In this document: piece by piece, positions 19,200-29,066 of the stretch
How positions within the stretch are numbered: position 1 is the stretch's first letter
Layout: every line of letters starts with the position of its first letter
Assembly (NCBI GenBank): GCA_018883165.1
Contig: VEQN01000003.1
Coordinates: forward strand, 9,721 to 73,720
Source of the DNA: Candidatus Tayloriibacteriota bacterium
Lineage (GTDB): Bacteria; Patescibacteriota; Minisyncoccia; Phycocordibacterales; CAIZLB01
Direction of reading: 5' to 3'
Length of the DNA: 64,000 nucleotides
The notes under the pieces: generated by a model
Databases searched by the model: none
Seen by the model: only the letters and a program-made list of their open reading frames with translations
What the model was told of the DNA's origin: nothing
Program-made: the position numbers and the translations under genes

Positions 19200-20633
19200 A
19201 TGTCACAACGAGTATTCATTAGAGACTTACAAGCACAAATAGGTAATGAGGTAACCATTAAAGGATGGGTTGATGTCCGAAGAGATCAAGGAAAGCTCAT
19301 CTTCTTCGATTTCCGTGACATGACAGGAAAGGTACAGGGTGTAATACTCCCATCAGCCCCTGAAGCTCATGCCGTTGGTTCAACAGTAAGACCTGAGTGG
19401 GTTGTTGAGGTGAAAGGCAAGGTTAACCAAAGACCAGAGCGAGCAATACAGAAAGACAAACAAAATGGTGATATAGAACTTGAAATCCTCAGTATGTCAG
19501 TGCTTGCTGAAGCTGAGACTCCTCCTTTTGACATCCATGCAGATACACGTGAAGTAAATGAAGAAACTCGATTGAAGTACAGATATGTAGACCTGCGAGG
19601 TGACAGACTACAGAAGAATATTCGAAACAGAGCTAAGATAATTTCATATATTAGAAATTTTCTTTCTGGCACAGATTTCACAGAAATCGAAACTCCACTC
19701 CTCACTAAATCAACCCCTGAAGGTGCCCGAGACTACATCGTTCCATCACGACTTGGAGCTGGTCTTTTCTACGCACTTCCACAATCACCACAACAGTACA
19801 AACAACTCCTGATGGCTGGTGGCATCGAAAGATACTTCCAGATTGCTAAATGTATGCGAGATGAAGACACTCGAGGTGACAGACAACCTGAGTTCACGCA
19901 GCTTGATATGGAACTTTCATTTGCAACAGAAGAAGACATCATGGCAATTACCGAACAGCTTCTCATAGAAATAGTTACTAAGCTGTACCCACACAAAAAG
20001 ATTCAAACAATTCCATTCCCAAGAATTCCATACGCAGAGGCTATGGCTAAATACAACATTGACCGACCAGATATCCGAGAAAACAAAGAAGACCCAAATC
20101 TTCTTGCATTCTGCTGGGTTGTTGATTTCCCATTCTTTGAAAAGAACGAAAAACAGAACGGGACAGGAGGTGGACTTAGTCAGTGGACATTTACCCACAA
20201 TCCATTCTCTGCAGCAAAACCTGCGCATCATGAGAAGCTCATGAGCTCAAAAGCAAGTGATGCTGATCTTCAAACAATCACAGCAGCACAGTACGATATT
20301 GTACTTAATGGATATGAGATTGGTGGAGGAAGTGTACGAAACCACAAAGCAGAGTCACTCCTTAAGGTGTTTGAGATTATGGGATATGACAGTGAAACTG
20401 TAGAAAAGAACTTCTCACACATGCTTCATGCATTTAGAAGTGGAACACCACCACATGGAGGTATTGCATGGGGACTTGATCGACTCATTATGCTTCTTGA
20501 GAATGAACCAAACATTCGAGAAGTAATTGCATTCCCAAAAACAGGAGAAGGTAGAGACCCAATGATGGAATCACCAAGTGAAGTAAACCCTGAGCAGCTT
20601 CGAGAGCTTGGATTGATTGTAAACAAGAAGTAG
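19200..20633 (+). CDS. aspS: aspartate--tRNA ligase (short form, no GAD insertion)
   Basis: QSPQQYKQLLM, FRDEDTRGDRQPEFTQLDMELSF and class II motif 3 (GGIAWGLDRL). About 480 aa, versus about 590 for GAD-containing bacterial AspRS. Confidence 0.85.
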   Translation: MSQRVFIRDLQAQIGNEVTIKGWVDVRRDQGKLIFFDFRDMTGKVQGVILPSAPEAHAVGSTVRPEWVVEVKGKVNQRPERAIQKDKQNGDIELEILSMSVLAEAETPPFDIHADTREVNEETRLKYRYVDLRGDRLQKNIRNRAKIISYIRNFLSGTDFTEIETPLLTKSTPEGARDYIVPSRLGAGLFYALPQSPQQYKQLLMAGGIERYFQIAKCMRDEDTRGDRQPEFTQLDMELSFATEEDIMAITEQLLIEIVTKLYPHKKIQTIPFPRIPYAEAMAKYNIDRPDIRENKEDPNLLAFCWVVDFPFFEKNEKQNGTGGGLSQWTFTHNPFSAAKPAHHEKLMSSKASDADLQTITAAQYDIVLNGYEIGGGSVRNHKAESLLKVFEIMGYDSETVEKNFSHMLHAFRSGTPPHGGIAWGLDRLIMLLENEPNIREVIAFPKTGEGRDPMMESPSEVNPEQLRELGLIVNKK

Positions 20634-20666
20634 AACCGTTATTTTTAAATCTGATATACTAAGCAC

Positions 20667-21422
20667 ATGTCAGAGCAAGTAACTAAACCCACATTCACAA
20701 TCAAAACCGAAGTGTTTGAAGGCCCTTTGGACTTACTACTTACACTCATTGAAAAGCGAAAGCTTTTCATTAATGATATTTCTCTTTCCAAAGTAACTGA
20801 TGAGTATGTACAGTACGTACAACGACTCGGTGAATATTCACTCAGTGACAGAACACAATTCATCTACATTGCTTCAACACTGCTACTCATAAAAGCAAAG
20901 TCACTTCTTCCAACCCTGTCACTCACCGAAGAAGAAAAGACAGACATTGCAGATCTTGAACGAAGACTCAAGGAATTAGAAATCATGCGTAAAGCAAGCC
21001 TTGAGCTTCAAAAACTCTTCGGTGAGAAAATCATATATCCTCGAGGAGATTTTAAGATTGATGTCAAAGTGTTTGCACCCAGTCGTGACACCACACTTGA
21101 GCACATTACTGAAAGTATCGGAAGAGTATTGAATGCACTCCCTAAAAAACAAACTGAGCCAAAGGTCAAGGTAAAGAAAACAATTAGTATCGAAGAAATG
21201 ATGGTACGACTTACTGACCGAATTAAGAATGCGGTACGTATGAGCTTCAGAGAGTTTAGTGGTGGGAAGAACTTACTTGATAAAGGGGAGAGGGTACATG
21301 TGATTGTAAGCTTTCTCGCAATGCTTGAACTTGTAAAGCAAGGAACTATTGAAGCACATCAAGAAGGTCTGTTCGATGAAATTCACATGGAAACACAGGA
21401 AATCGGTATACCAAGATACTAA
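20667..21422 (+). CDS. scpA: segregation and condensation protein A
   Basis: FEGPLDLLLTLIEKRKL signature. Confidence 0.8.
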   Translation: MSEQVTKPTFTIKTEVFEGPLDLLLTLIEKRKLFINDISLSKVTDEYVQYVQRLGEYSLSDRTQFIYIASTLLLIKAKSLLPTLSLTEEEKTDIADLERRLKELEIMRKASLELQKLFGEKIIYPRGDFKIDVKVFAPSRDTTLEHITESIGRVLNALPKKQTEPKVKVKKTISIEEMMVRLTDRIKNAVRMSFREFSGGKNLLDKGERVHVIVSFLAMLELVKQGTIEAHQEGLFDEIHMETQEIGIPRY

Positions 21423-21469
21423 CACCTGGCACTGCATTTAATACATCGTATGTTATACTTTAATTCGAT

Positions 21470-21823
21470 ATGCCTCCCAACGATGTACACCATCAGTCTT
21501 CAGTTGATACAAGTCAATCGAATAGAGCTCAGATTTTCCTTTTATTATCTGCAAAGATAATAAAAAATATCCTATATATTGTAGTGATAGCTCTTTTAAC
21601 TATAATATTGTATGAACGTTTTCTTCTTGAAAACCAAGAGCTAGATGTTGTTACAACGAATCCAGAAATATCCCAAGAAGAGAAAGATATGCAACTTATC
21701 GAGCTCTCTAAGAGAACACCGGACATATCAGACGAGGAAAAAGAACTTTCACTTCGAAGTCTCTTAATAAACAAAAACATTGTTTCTGTGGAAGAACGGC
21801 AGAAAAGTTTTAATATAAAATAA
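21470..21823 (+). CDS. hypothetical membrane protein
   Basis: 117 aa with one TM helix (ILYIVVIALLTIILY). Lies between scpA and scpB. Confidence 0.4.
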   Translation: MPPNDVHHQSSVDTSQSNRAQIFLLLSAKIIKNILYIVVIALLTIILYERFLLENQELDVVTTNPEISQEEKDMQLIELSKRTPDISDEEKELSLRSLLINKNIVSVEERQKSFNIK

Positions 21824-21831
21824 TAAAAAAT

Positions 21832-22509
21832 ATGTTTCAAAAAATCTGTACAACTTTATTTATCGTAGGAATCGTATGTAGCGCTTCAATGGTTGCAGCA
21901 TGGACAAACCCAACCGGTACACCACCGCAAAATAACGTTGCGGCGCCATTAAACGTGAGTAATGTTGCACAAAACAAACAAGGGGTCTTAACCGTTGGAG
22001 GACTTGGTATCTTTGGTCCGGCCATAATTACACCAACAGCAGGGTACTCGCTACCATCCTCTCTTAATCTGGGGGTAAACGGTAAGATTGGAGCATCAGC
22101 ATATTGTGACAAGAATGGAAACAACTGTGTAAGTACATTGGCAGGTGGTGTAGCAACAACAGCCAATGTATCAGGTTCATCAAAAGCATGGGTAACATTT
22201 AGAAACATCGGAGGTACCATATCACAAGTAGGTGATGCATATGGTGTAACTTCTGTCACAAACGGAAAAGGTGTATCTAATTTTTCTGCATACGACACGA
22301 TAATTAAATTAGACAGTCCGCTACTTACTGGCGGTTTTGCGGTGGTAGCTTCACCTGCATATGACAGTGGGTCTGGGTATTATAAAGGTAGTGTACTCGA
22401 CTGGGTATGTATTTGGAGTAAGATCTCTTCTGATACAATAGGTGTACATTGTGCATATCCTGGGTATGGACAATATGGTAACTCGATTGTCAGTGTAGTT
22501 GTATTTTAA
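21832..22509 (+). CDS. hypothetical secreted Gly/Ser/Thr-rich protein
   Basis: Signal peptide, then AWTNPTGTPPQNNVAAPLNVS...QGVLTVGG and a Gly-rich body. Confidence 0.5.
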   Translation: MFQKICTTLFIVGIVCSASMVAAWTNPTGTPPQNNVAAPLNVSNVAQNKQGVLTVGGLGIFGPAIITPTAGYSLPSSLNLGVNGKIGASAYCDKNGNNCVSTLAGGVATTANVSGSSKAWVTFRNIGGTISQVGDAYGVTSVTNGKGVSNFSAYDTIIKLDSPLLTGGFAVVASPAYDSGSGYYKGSVLDWVCIWSKISSDTIGVHCAYPGYGQYGNSIVSVVVF

Positions 22510-22573
22510 GGTACAATCTATAAACACTGTACTCTACTAGTGCTGATCCGATAAAACAGATATAATGCTTACT

Positions 22574-23203
22574 ATGAATCTAGAACAGCAAGTGGAAGCA
22601 ATCCTTTTCTGGAAAGGGGAGCCTGTCAGTATAAAAGAGCTCTCAAAGCTCCTTGGTAAGAAGGATGAGGAAATTGATGGTGCCATCCTTAACCTACAAG
22701 CACACCTCCTAAACCGTGGAATCATACTCATGCGTACAGGAAGCAAGGAGACAAAAGATGAGGAAGTGATGCTCGGCACTTCACCTGCAGCAAGTGAACT
22801 CATTGAAAAAATTACCAAGGATGAACTTAAGAAGGATTTAGGTAAAGCAGCACTGGAAACTCTCGCTATCATTCTCTACAAAGGGCCAGTGAAACGAAGT
22901 GAGATCGACTATATCCGTGGTGTAAATTCAACATTTATTCTCCGAAACCTTCTCATACGAGGTCTCATCGAAAAAAAACCTGCACCAAATGACTCTAGAG
23001 CATCCCTTTACAGTGCATCATTTGATCTACTTTCACACCTTGGTGTTTCTGAGATTAAGAATCTTCCAAACTTTGATCTTGTTCAAGAAGAGCTCAGGAA
23101 CTTTGAAGCATCAAAAGATGCGGAAGAGAAAGCGTTAAACACAGAACCTAGTGAAGACCTGGGTCCAGTAGAACCAGACGAAACAATTAACGAAGAAGCA
23201 TAA
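22574..23203 (+). CDS. scpB: segregation and condensation protein B
   Basis: QVEAILFWKGEPVSIKEL and a second winged helix (LETLAIILYKGPVKRSEID). Confidence 0.8.
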   Translation: MNLEQQVEAILFWKGEPVSIKELSKLLGKKDEEIDGAILNLQAHLLNRGIILMRTGSKETKDEEVMLGTSPAASELIEKITKDELKKDLGKAALETLAIILYKGPVKRSEIDYIRGVNSTFILRNLLIRGLIEKKPAPNDSRASLYSASFDLLSHLGVSEIKNLPNFDLVQEELRNFEASKDAEEKALNTEPSEDLGPVEPDETINEEA

Positions 23204-24112
23204 ATGAAAAAAAATATATATACTAAAACTATACTCTCACCTGGATTTATTATCTTCATCTCGATATTCTTCTTTCCAAATGTAATTGCATCAGCTAGTG
23301 AATTAATCACAGGAAAAGATACAATGATTTGGCCTCAAATTACGGCAACATCTGCATACGTGTATGATCCTATTGGAAACAAGGTTTTGTATACAAAAAA
23401 TGCAGATGAGATTCGACCAATTGCATCACTTAACAAACTAATGACAGCAGCTGTTGCAGATACACTTTTAAGTACAAGTCCACACTTCAGAAAGCCAGTT
23501 AAAATACAGAAGTTTACAAATGCAAATAGGGCTGATGTTACTCTTAAAGACGGTTCACTTTGGGGCATAGAAGATTTAATGACATACATGCTTGTGGGGT
23601 CATCAAACAAAGCTGCTGAGACGATTGCTTCTAGTATGGTCCCAAGAGAAAGCTTCATATCCCTTATGAACTTCACTGCAAGAAAACTTGGCCTCACAAA
23701 CACAACTTTTACCAATCCAACAGGTCTCACCACACACAAAACTGTAGGCAAAACAAAGACGACCATACCGAGTGGACACTCAACAGCACGGGAAGTTGCG
23801 CAGATGCTCTGGAAGATAATTGAGTCACATCCAGGACTTCTTGAAGCAACCCAGCTTGCTCATATTACATACTCAAATGGTATTAGTGCAGTTGCAGTAG
23901 ATAATACGAACAAGATACTTGAGAATTTTCCAATAGTTGTTGGTAAAACTGGATTTACAGAAGATGCAGGTGGAAATCTAGTAGTAGTACTTCAAAAAAC
24001 ACCTCGGTCGCACGCATATGTGATTGTAGTACTCGGATCAACACAAGAGGGTAGATTTAGTGATGTTGCTGCACTTGCATCTAAAACATTACAAATCGCA
24101 GGTGAGCGCTAA
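23204..24112 (+). CDS. D-alanyl-D-alanine carboxypeptidase (S11, PBP5-like)
   Basis: Signal peptide, SxxK (SLNK), SxN (SSN) and KTG (GKTG) motifs. Confidence 0.75.
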   Translation: MKKNIYTKTILSPGFIIFISIFFFPNVIASASELITGKDTMIWPQITATSAYVYDPIGNKVLYTKNADEIRPIASLNKLMTAAVADTLLSTSPHFRKPVKIQKFTNANRADVTLKDGSLWGIEDLMTYMLVGSSNKAAETIASSMVPRESFISLMNFTARKLGLTNTTFTNPTGLTTHKTVGKTKTTIPSGHSTAREVAQMLWKIIESHPGLLEATQLAHITYSNGISAVAVDNTNKILENFPIVVGKTGFTEDAGGNLVVVLQKTPRSHAYVIVVLGSTQEGRFSDVAALASKTLQIAGER

Positions 24113-24161
24113 TCTTTGATGCGCGATATAAGTGAGAAGGTAATATAAACAATACATCATT

Positions 24162-25235
24162 ATGGAAATGACCATTTCAGCATTCGATATCATCAAAGTA
24201 CTTTTACCAGCAGTACTTTCATTCTTGGTTGGTATTTTAATTACACCAACACTTACAAATTTCATGTATAAGCACAGAATGTGGAGGGGCGCATCACGAA
24301 GTAAAGAGAATACTGAGGCGATGTCTAAAGATTTCCAAAAAATTCACAATGAGGCAGGGGAGGTAAGTACTCCAAGAACTGGTGGCGCGCTTGTGTGGCT
24401 CTCGATTATCGCAACCATTATAATCCTCTATGTCATTTCAATAGTATTCCCAAATGATGTTACTGAAAAGCTTTCTTTTTTGAGTAGAAATCAAACACTT
24501 CTTCCCCTTGGTGTACTCTTGTTTGCCTCTCTTGTAGGTCTTGCTGATGACCTACTTCAGATCTACGGGAAGAGTAAGGAAATGTCTAATGGAATCCCAA
24601 GGAAACTTCGAATACTTGTTGTGCTCCTTATCGCTGCGGTATGTGCATGGTGGTTCTACTTCAAGCTTTCAATGCTCAGTATCCATATCCCATTCTATGG
24701 CGAATTGAACCTTGGGCTCCTCTTCATCCCATTCTTCATGGTTGTTGTACTTGGGGTGTTCTCAGGATCTGTCATTGATGGAATTGATGGCCTTGCTGCT
24801 GGCGTCATGATTGCTGCATACGCTGCATACATGATCATTGCATACTCACAAAACCAAATTGACCTCGCTGCCTTTTGTGCAGTGATTATGGGAGGACTCC
24901 TCGCGTTTCTTTGGTTCAACATTCCACCTGCGAGGTTTTATCTAGGTGAAACTGGGATGCTTGGTCTTACCGTTACCCTCGCAATTGTAGCGTTTTTGAC
25001 TCGAGAAGTTATCTTGATACCGATTATTGCATTTCCTCTGTTTATCACATCACTCTCATCAAGTGTACAAATGTTCTCAAAGAAATATTTTGGTGTGAAA
25101 GTACTTCGTATTGCTCCACTACACCATCACTTTGAAGCAATCGGTTGGCCACGATACAAGGTAACAATGCGGTATTGGGTCATTGCAATTATTACTGCGC
25201 TCTTAGGCACAATCATATCAATTCTTGGTAAGTAA
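24162..25235 (+). CDS. mraY: phospho-N-acetylmuramoyl-pentapeptide transferase
   Basis: TPRTGG, DDLLQIYG, DGIDGLA and PLHHHFE motifs. Confidence 0.8.
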   Translation: MEMTISAFDIIKVLLPAVLSFLVGILITPTLTNFMYKHRMWRGASRSKENTEAMSKDFQKIHNEAGEVSTPRTGGALVWLSIIATIIILYVISIVFPNDVTEKLSFLSRNQTLLPLGVLLFASLVGLADDLLQIYGKSKEMSNGIPRKLRILVVLLIAAVCAWWFYFKLSMLSIHIPFYGELNLGLLFIPFFMVVVLGVFSGSVIDGIDGLAAGVMIAAYAAYMIIAYSQNQIDLAAFCAVIMGGLLAFLWFNIPPARFYLGETGMLGLTVTLAIVAFLTREVILIPIIAFPLFITSLSSSVQMFSKKYFGVKVLRIAPLHHHFEAIGWPRYKVTMRYWVIAIITALLGTIISILGK

Positions 25236-25266
25236 AAAATATGATTTATGATACAGTATATGTATC

Positions 25267-26367
25267 ATGTCGATGAAATCAGTTGATCGTTCATTTCTTA
25301 TTACTGTAGCAATACTTGTCATAGCTGGTTTTTTCATTTTCTCCTCAGCATCACTTGGGGTACTCTCTAAAAATACAGGTAAGTATCAAGCCGTTACATT
25401 TAACCAACTCATGCTTGGGCTGGTTGCGGGGAGTGTAGCTGCATATATCACCTCAAGAATCTCTTACCAGTTCTGGAGAAAACACGCATTCTATATTTTT
25501 GTCTCAGCATTCCTTCTCATGCTGCTTGTATTCATTCCTGGAGTAGGGAGGTGCGCCAAAGGAGCTTGTCGTTGGATTGTACTCGGTGGGCAAAGTTTCC
25601 AACCTGCTGAATTCTACAAACTAGGGTTTGTGATGTACCTCTCCGCGTGGTATGCATCCGTAAAGCAAAAATCGAGTACATCAAAATTCGGTACCATTCC
25701 ATTTGTCATACTTTCAGTACTCACCGCAAGCGTTGTACTTATGCAGCCTGACACTGATACGTTCATGGTCATAATTGCAGCAGGGGTAGCAATATATGTT
25801 ACAGCAGGAGGTAAATGGAAAGATCTAGCCATCATGGGACTTGTTGGAGTCATCGGACTTACTGCGCTTGTCCTACAACGCCCATACCTACAACAACGAA
25901 TACTGACATTCGCTGACCCTTCAAAAGACCCGACCGGGAGTAGCTACCAAGTACAGCAATCTTTGATTGCCATCGGATCGGGTGGACTCACCGGTAGAGG
26001 TTTTGGACAAAGTATCCAGAAGTTTAACTTCTTGCCAGAGCCAATCGGAGACTCAATATTTGCAGTTGCGGCTGAGGAGTTCGGATTCGTCGGCAGCGTA
26101 TTCATCATATTCCTCTATATCATGTTTGCCCTCAAAGGTCTTAAAATTGCAATCAGAGCACCAGACATTTTTGGCTCATACCTTGTAGTTGGTATCATTA
26201 CATTAATTACAATCCAGTCATTTTTGAATATTGCAGCGATGCTTGCCATAATTCCATTGTCGGGAACACCACTTCTCTTCATCTCACATGGAGGAACAGC
26301 ACTCTTTTTCGCACTCGCATCAGTGGGTATAGTTCTTAATGTTTCAAGGCACCAAAGAAAGGTATAA
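25267..26367 (+). CDS. ftsW: SEDS family lipid II flippase/glycosyltransferase FtsW/RodA
   Basis: Ten TM helices and the conserved periplasmic-loop GGxxGRG-type motif (LTGRGFGQS). Confidence 0.8.
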   Translation: MSMKSVDRSFLITVAILVIAGFFIFSSASLGVLSKNTGKYQAVTFNQLMLGLVAGSVAAYITSRISYQFWRKHAFYIFVSAFLLMLLVFIPGVGRCAKGACRWIVLGGQSFQPAEFYKLGFVMYLSAWYASVKQKSSTSKFGTIPFVILSVLTASVVLMQPDTDTFMVIIAAGVAIYVTAGGKWKDLAIMGLVGVIGLTALVLQRPYLQQRILTFADPSKDPTGSSYQVQQSLIAIGSGGLTGRGFGQSIQKFNFLPEPIGDSIFAVAAEEFGFVGSVFIIFLYIMFALKGLKIAIRAPDIFGSYLVVGIITLITIQSFLNIAAMLAIIPLSGTPLLFISHGGTALFFALASVGIVLNVSRHQRKV

Positions 26368-26431
26368 AAGACCATATATGGTGTAAAAATCCACATGTAA
26401 GGATGACTAAAGGCATGATATACTCACTAGC

Positions 26432-27571
26432 ATGAAAATACTCATGGCAGGAGGTGGAACAGGTGGTCATTTCTACCCACTCATAGCAGTAGCAGACCAG
26501 ATACGAGAGATTTGCAAGAAAGAAAAACTTCTTGAGCCTCAAATATATTTCATGGCTCCAGATCCATATAACAAGAAGGAATTGTTCGATCATGAAATCA
26601 CATTTGTTCCTGTCATGGCTGGGAAGAGTAGAATTTCACCTTCAGCTGGAGGCAGAATCCTAAACATCATTGACATGTTCAAGATGGGTATTGGTGTATT
26701 AACAGCAATCGTAAAACTGTATTCGATATTCCCAGACGTTGTCTTTGCAAAAGGTGGATATACAAGTTTCCCAGCACTCATGGCTGCAAAGATACTTGGT
26801 ATTCCAGTAGTCATTCACGAATCAGACAGTGTACCAGGAAGGGTTAATGCGTGGGCAGGGAAGTTCGCAAAACGAATTGCCATCTCATACAAGGAAGCCA
26901 TCGAATATTTCCCAGCTGATAAAACTGCACACACAGGCAATCCGATTCGAAAAGAGTTCTCTGAGCCACTAAGCGCAGGTGCTGTTGAGTATCTAAACCT
27001 TGAGACTTCAATTCCTGTAATCCTCATACTCGGAGGTTCACAAGGTGCACAGATAATAAACGATGCGATTCTTTCAGCAATTCCTTCACTTGTACCTAAA
27101 TATCAAATCTTGCATCAAACAGGTAAGAAGAATTACGAAGAGGTTTCTAGAACCGCAAATGTCATACTCGAAGGTAATAAGTTCATTTCAAGATACCACC
27201 CATTCGACTACTTCAACACGCTTGCTATGCGAATGGCAGCTGGTGTTTCTTCTCTCATCATTTCACGTGGAGGCTCTACCATTTTTGAAATAGCTGCATG
27301 GGGCATTCCAAGTATTCTCATTCCAATTACAACATCAAATGGTGATCACCAGAGAAAGAACTCATATAACTATGCAAGAGAAAGTAGCGCCATAGTCATT
27401 GAAGAGGCAAATCTTAGCCCTGAGATCATATTGAATGAAATTGATAGAGTAATGAGTAATCAACACCTCTCAGAAAAAATGCGAACAGGTGCAAAATCAT
27501 TTGCACGTCTTGATTCCGCAACACTTATTGCTAATGAAATATTAAAGATTGCACTTAAGCACGAAATGTAA
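26432..27571 (+). CDS. murG: undecaprenyldiphospho-muramoylpentapeptide beta-N-acetylglucosaminyltransferase
   Basis: MKILMAGGGTGGHFYP N-terminal signature. Confidence 0.85.
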   Translation: MKILMAGGGTGGHFYPLIAVADQIREICKKEKLLEPQIYFMAPDPYNKKELFDHEITFVPVMAGKSRISPSAGGRILNIIDMFKMGIGVLTAIVKLYSIFPDVVFAKGGYTSFPALMAAKILGIPVVIHESDSVPGRVNAWAGKFAKRIAISYKEAIEYFPADKTAHTGNPIRKEFSEPLSAGAVEYLNLETSIPVILILGGSQGAQIINDAILSAIPSLVPKYQILHQTGKKNYEEVSRTANVILEGNKFISRYHPFDYFNTLAMRMAAGVSSLIISRGGSTIFEIAAWGIPSILIPITTSNGDHQRKNSYNYARESSAIVIEEANLSPEIILNEIDRVMSNQHLSEKMRTGAKSFARLDSATLIANEILKIALKHEM

Positions 27572-27572
27572 T

Positions 27573-29066
27573 ATGAACAATTCAAAGAAACCAGTAACAC
27601 GATTTGCACCCTCACCTACAGGATATATGCATGTAGGTGGAGCAAGAACCGCCCTCTATGCATGGGCGTTTGCCCGAAAGCAGGGAGGTACCTTCATTCT
27701 TCGTATCGAGGACACTGACAAAGAAAGAGAGGTTCCAGGATCAATTGAACACATTATTGAGTCACTTCGATGGCTTGGACTTGAATGGGATGAAGGAGTT
27801 AATATCGGAGGCCCTCATGCCCCATACAAACAATCTGAGAGACTTGAGAGTTACAAAAAATATGCACAGATGCTCCACGATGCTGGTCTTGCCTATGCAG
27901 ACCCATACACAGCAGAGGAACTTGAATCATTTAGAAAAAAAGCGGAAGAAGAAAAGCGACCATTTTTGTACAGAGATCATAGACCTGAGAATCCACCTGT
28001 ATGGGATGGTACAAAACCACTTCGACTTAAGATAACAGATATTACATCATACGGATGGAACGATCTCATCCGGGGGGACTTGAAAGCTGGTCCTGAAGCT
28101 TTGGATGACTTCATTTTGCTCAAGAGTGATGGGTACCCAACATACAACTTTGCACACATTATCGATGATCTAGAAATGGGAGTAACACATATTTTCAGAG
28201 CGGATGAATTCATATCATCAACACCAAAATTTCTTGCACTGTATGACGCCTTGAAGAAGGTAACAGAAATAGAAAGACCTCTCTTTGCAACACTTCCACC
28301 AATTATGGGTCCTGATGGTAAAAAAAAGCTCGGTAAAAGAGATGGTGCAAAAGATCTTCTTGATTATCAAAAAGATGGGATACTCCCTGAGGCCATGATG
28401 AACTTTTTAGCATTCATTGGATGGAATCCTGGTACTGAGCAAGAGATATTTACACCAAAAGAACTTGTTGATGCTTTTGATATATCTGGAATTCAAAAAG
28501 CAGGTGGAGCACTCAATGAAGAGAAGCTCCTCTGGGTAAACAAGGAACATCTCAAGCGCCTTACTGATGCTGAGTTCTTAGAAAAAGCACTCTCATTCAT
28601 CCCATCACACATTTCTACCCTTGATACATTTAAGGAGAGGATCTCAAAAGTGGTGCCCGTGCTTCGAGAACGAATCTCTGTATTCAAAGAAATTACGGAG
28701 ATGACAGAGCAAGGTGACCTAGAGATATTCTTCAAGGATCCTACATACAGCAAAGACCTTCTGTTATGTCCAGAGAAACAGAGAAAAGGTATTGAAGTTA
28801 GTTCCAGTACACTCATTGAGTATCTCAATGAATTGAAGAGCATTCTCGATACCAAAGCAAGTGATATATCAAAGGAAGAAGCGAAAGAGCTGGTATGGCC
28901 ATATGCAGATTCGAAAGGAAGGGCGATTGTACTCTGGCTTCTTCGAACAGCACTCTCGGGCAGAGAAAGATCCCCAGACCCATTCACTCTCATTGAGATA
29001 CTCGGACACGCAGAAGCAGTACAACGGCTTACAAAAGCAATTGAAAAACTGCATGAAAACGCTTAG
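27573..29066 (+). CDS. gltX: glutamate--tRNA ligase
   Basis: TRFAPSPTGYMHVGGARTALY (HVGG as HIGH) and KLGKRDG (KMSKS-like). ATG at 27573, directly after the murG stop. Confidence 0.9.
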   Translation: MNNSKKPVTRFAPSPTGYMHVGGARTALYAWAFARKQGGTFILRIEDTDKEREVPGSIEHIIESLRWLGLEWDEGVNIGGPHAPYKQSERLESYKKYAQMLHDAGLAYADPYTAEELESFRKKAEEEKRPFLYRDHRPENPPVWDGTKPLRLKITDITSYGWNDLIRGDLKAGPEALDDFILLKSDGYPTYNFAHIIDDLEMGVTHIFRADEFISSTPKFLALYDALKKVTEIERPLFATLPPIMGPDGKKKLGKRDGAKDLLDYQKDGILPEAMMNFLAFIGWNPGTEQEIFTPKELVDAFDISGIQKAGGALNEEKLLWVNKEHLKRLTDAEFLEKALSFIPSHISTLDTFKERISKVVPVLRERISVFKEITEMTEQGDLEIFFKDPTYSKDLLLCPEKQRKGIEVSSSTLIEYLNELKSILDTKASDISKEEAKELVWPYADSKGRAIVLWLLRTALSGRERSPDPFTLIEILGHAEAVQRLTKAIEKLHENA

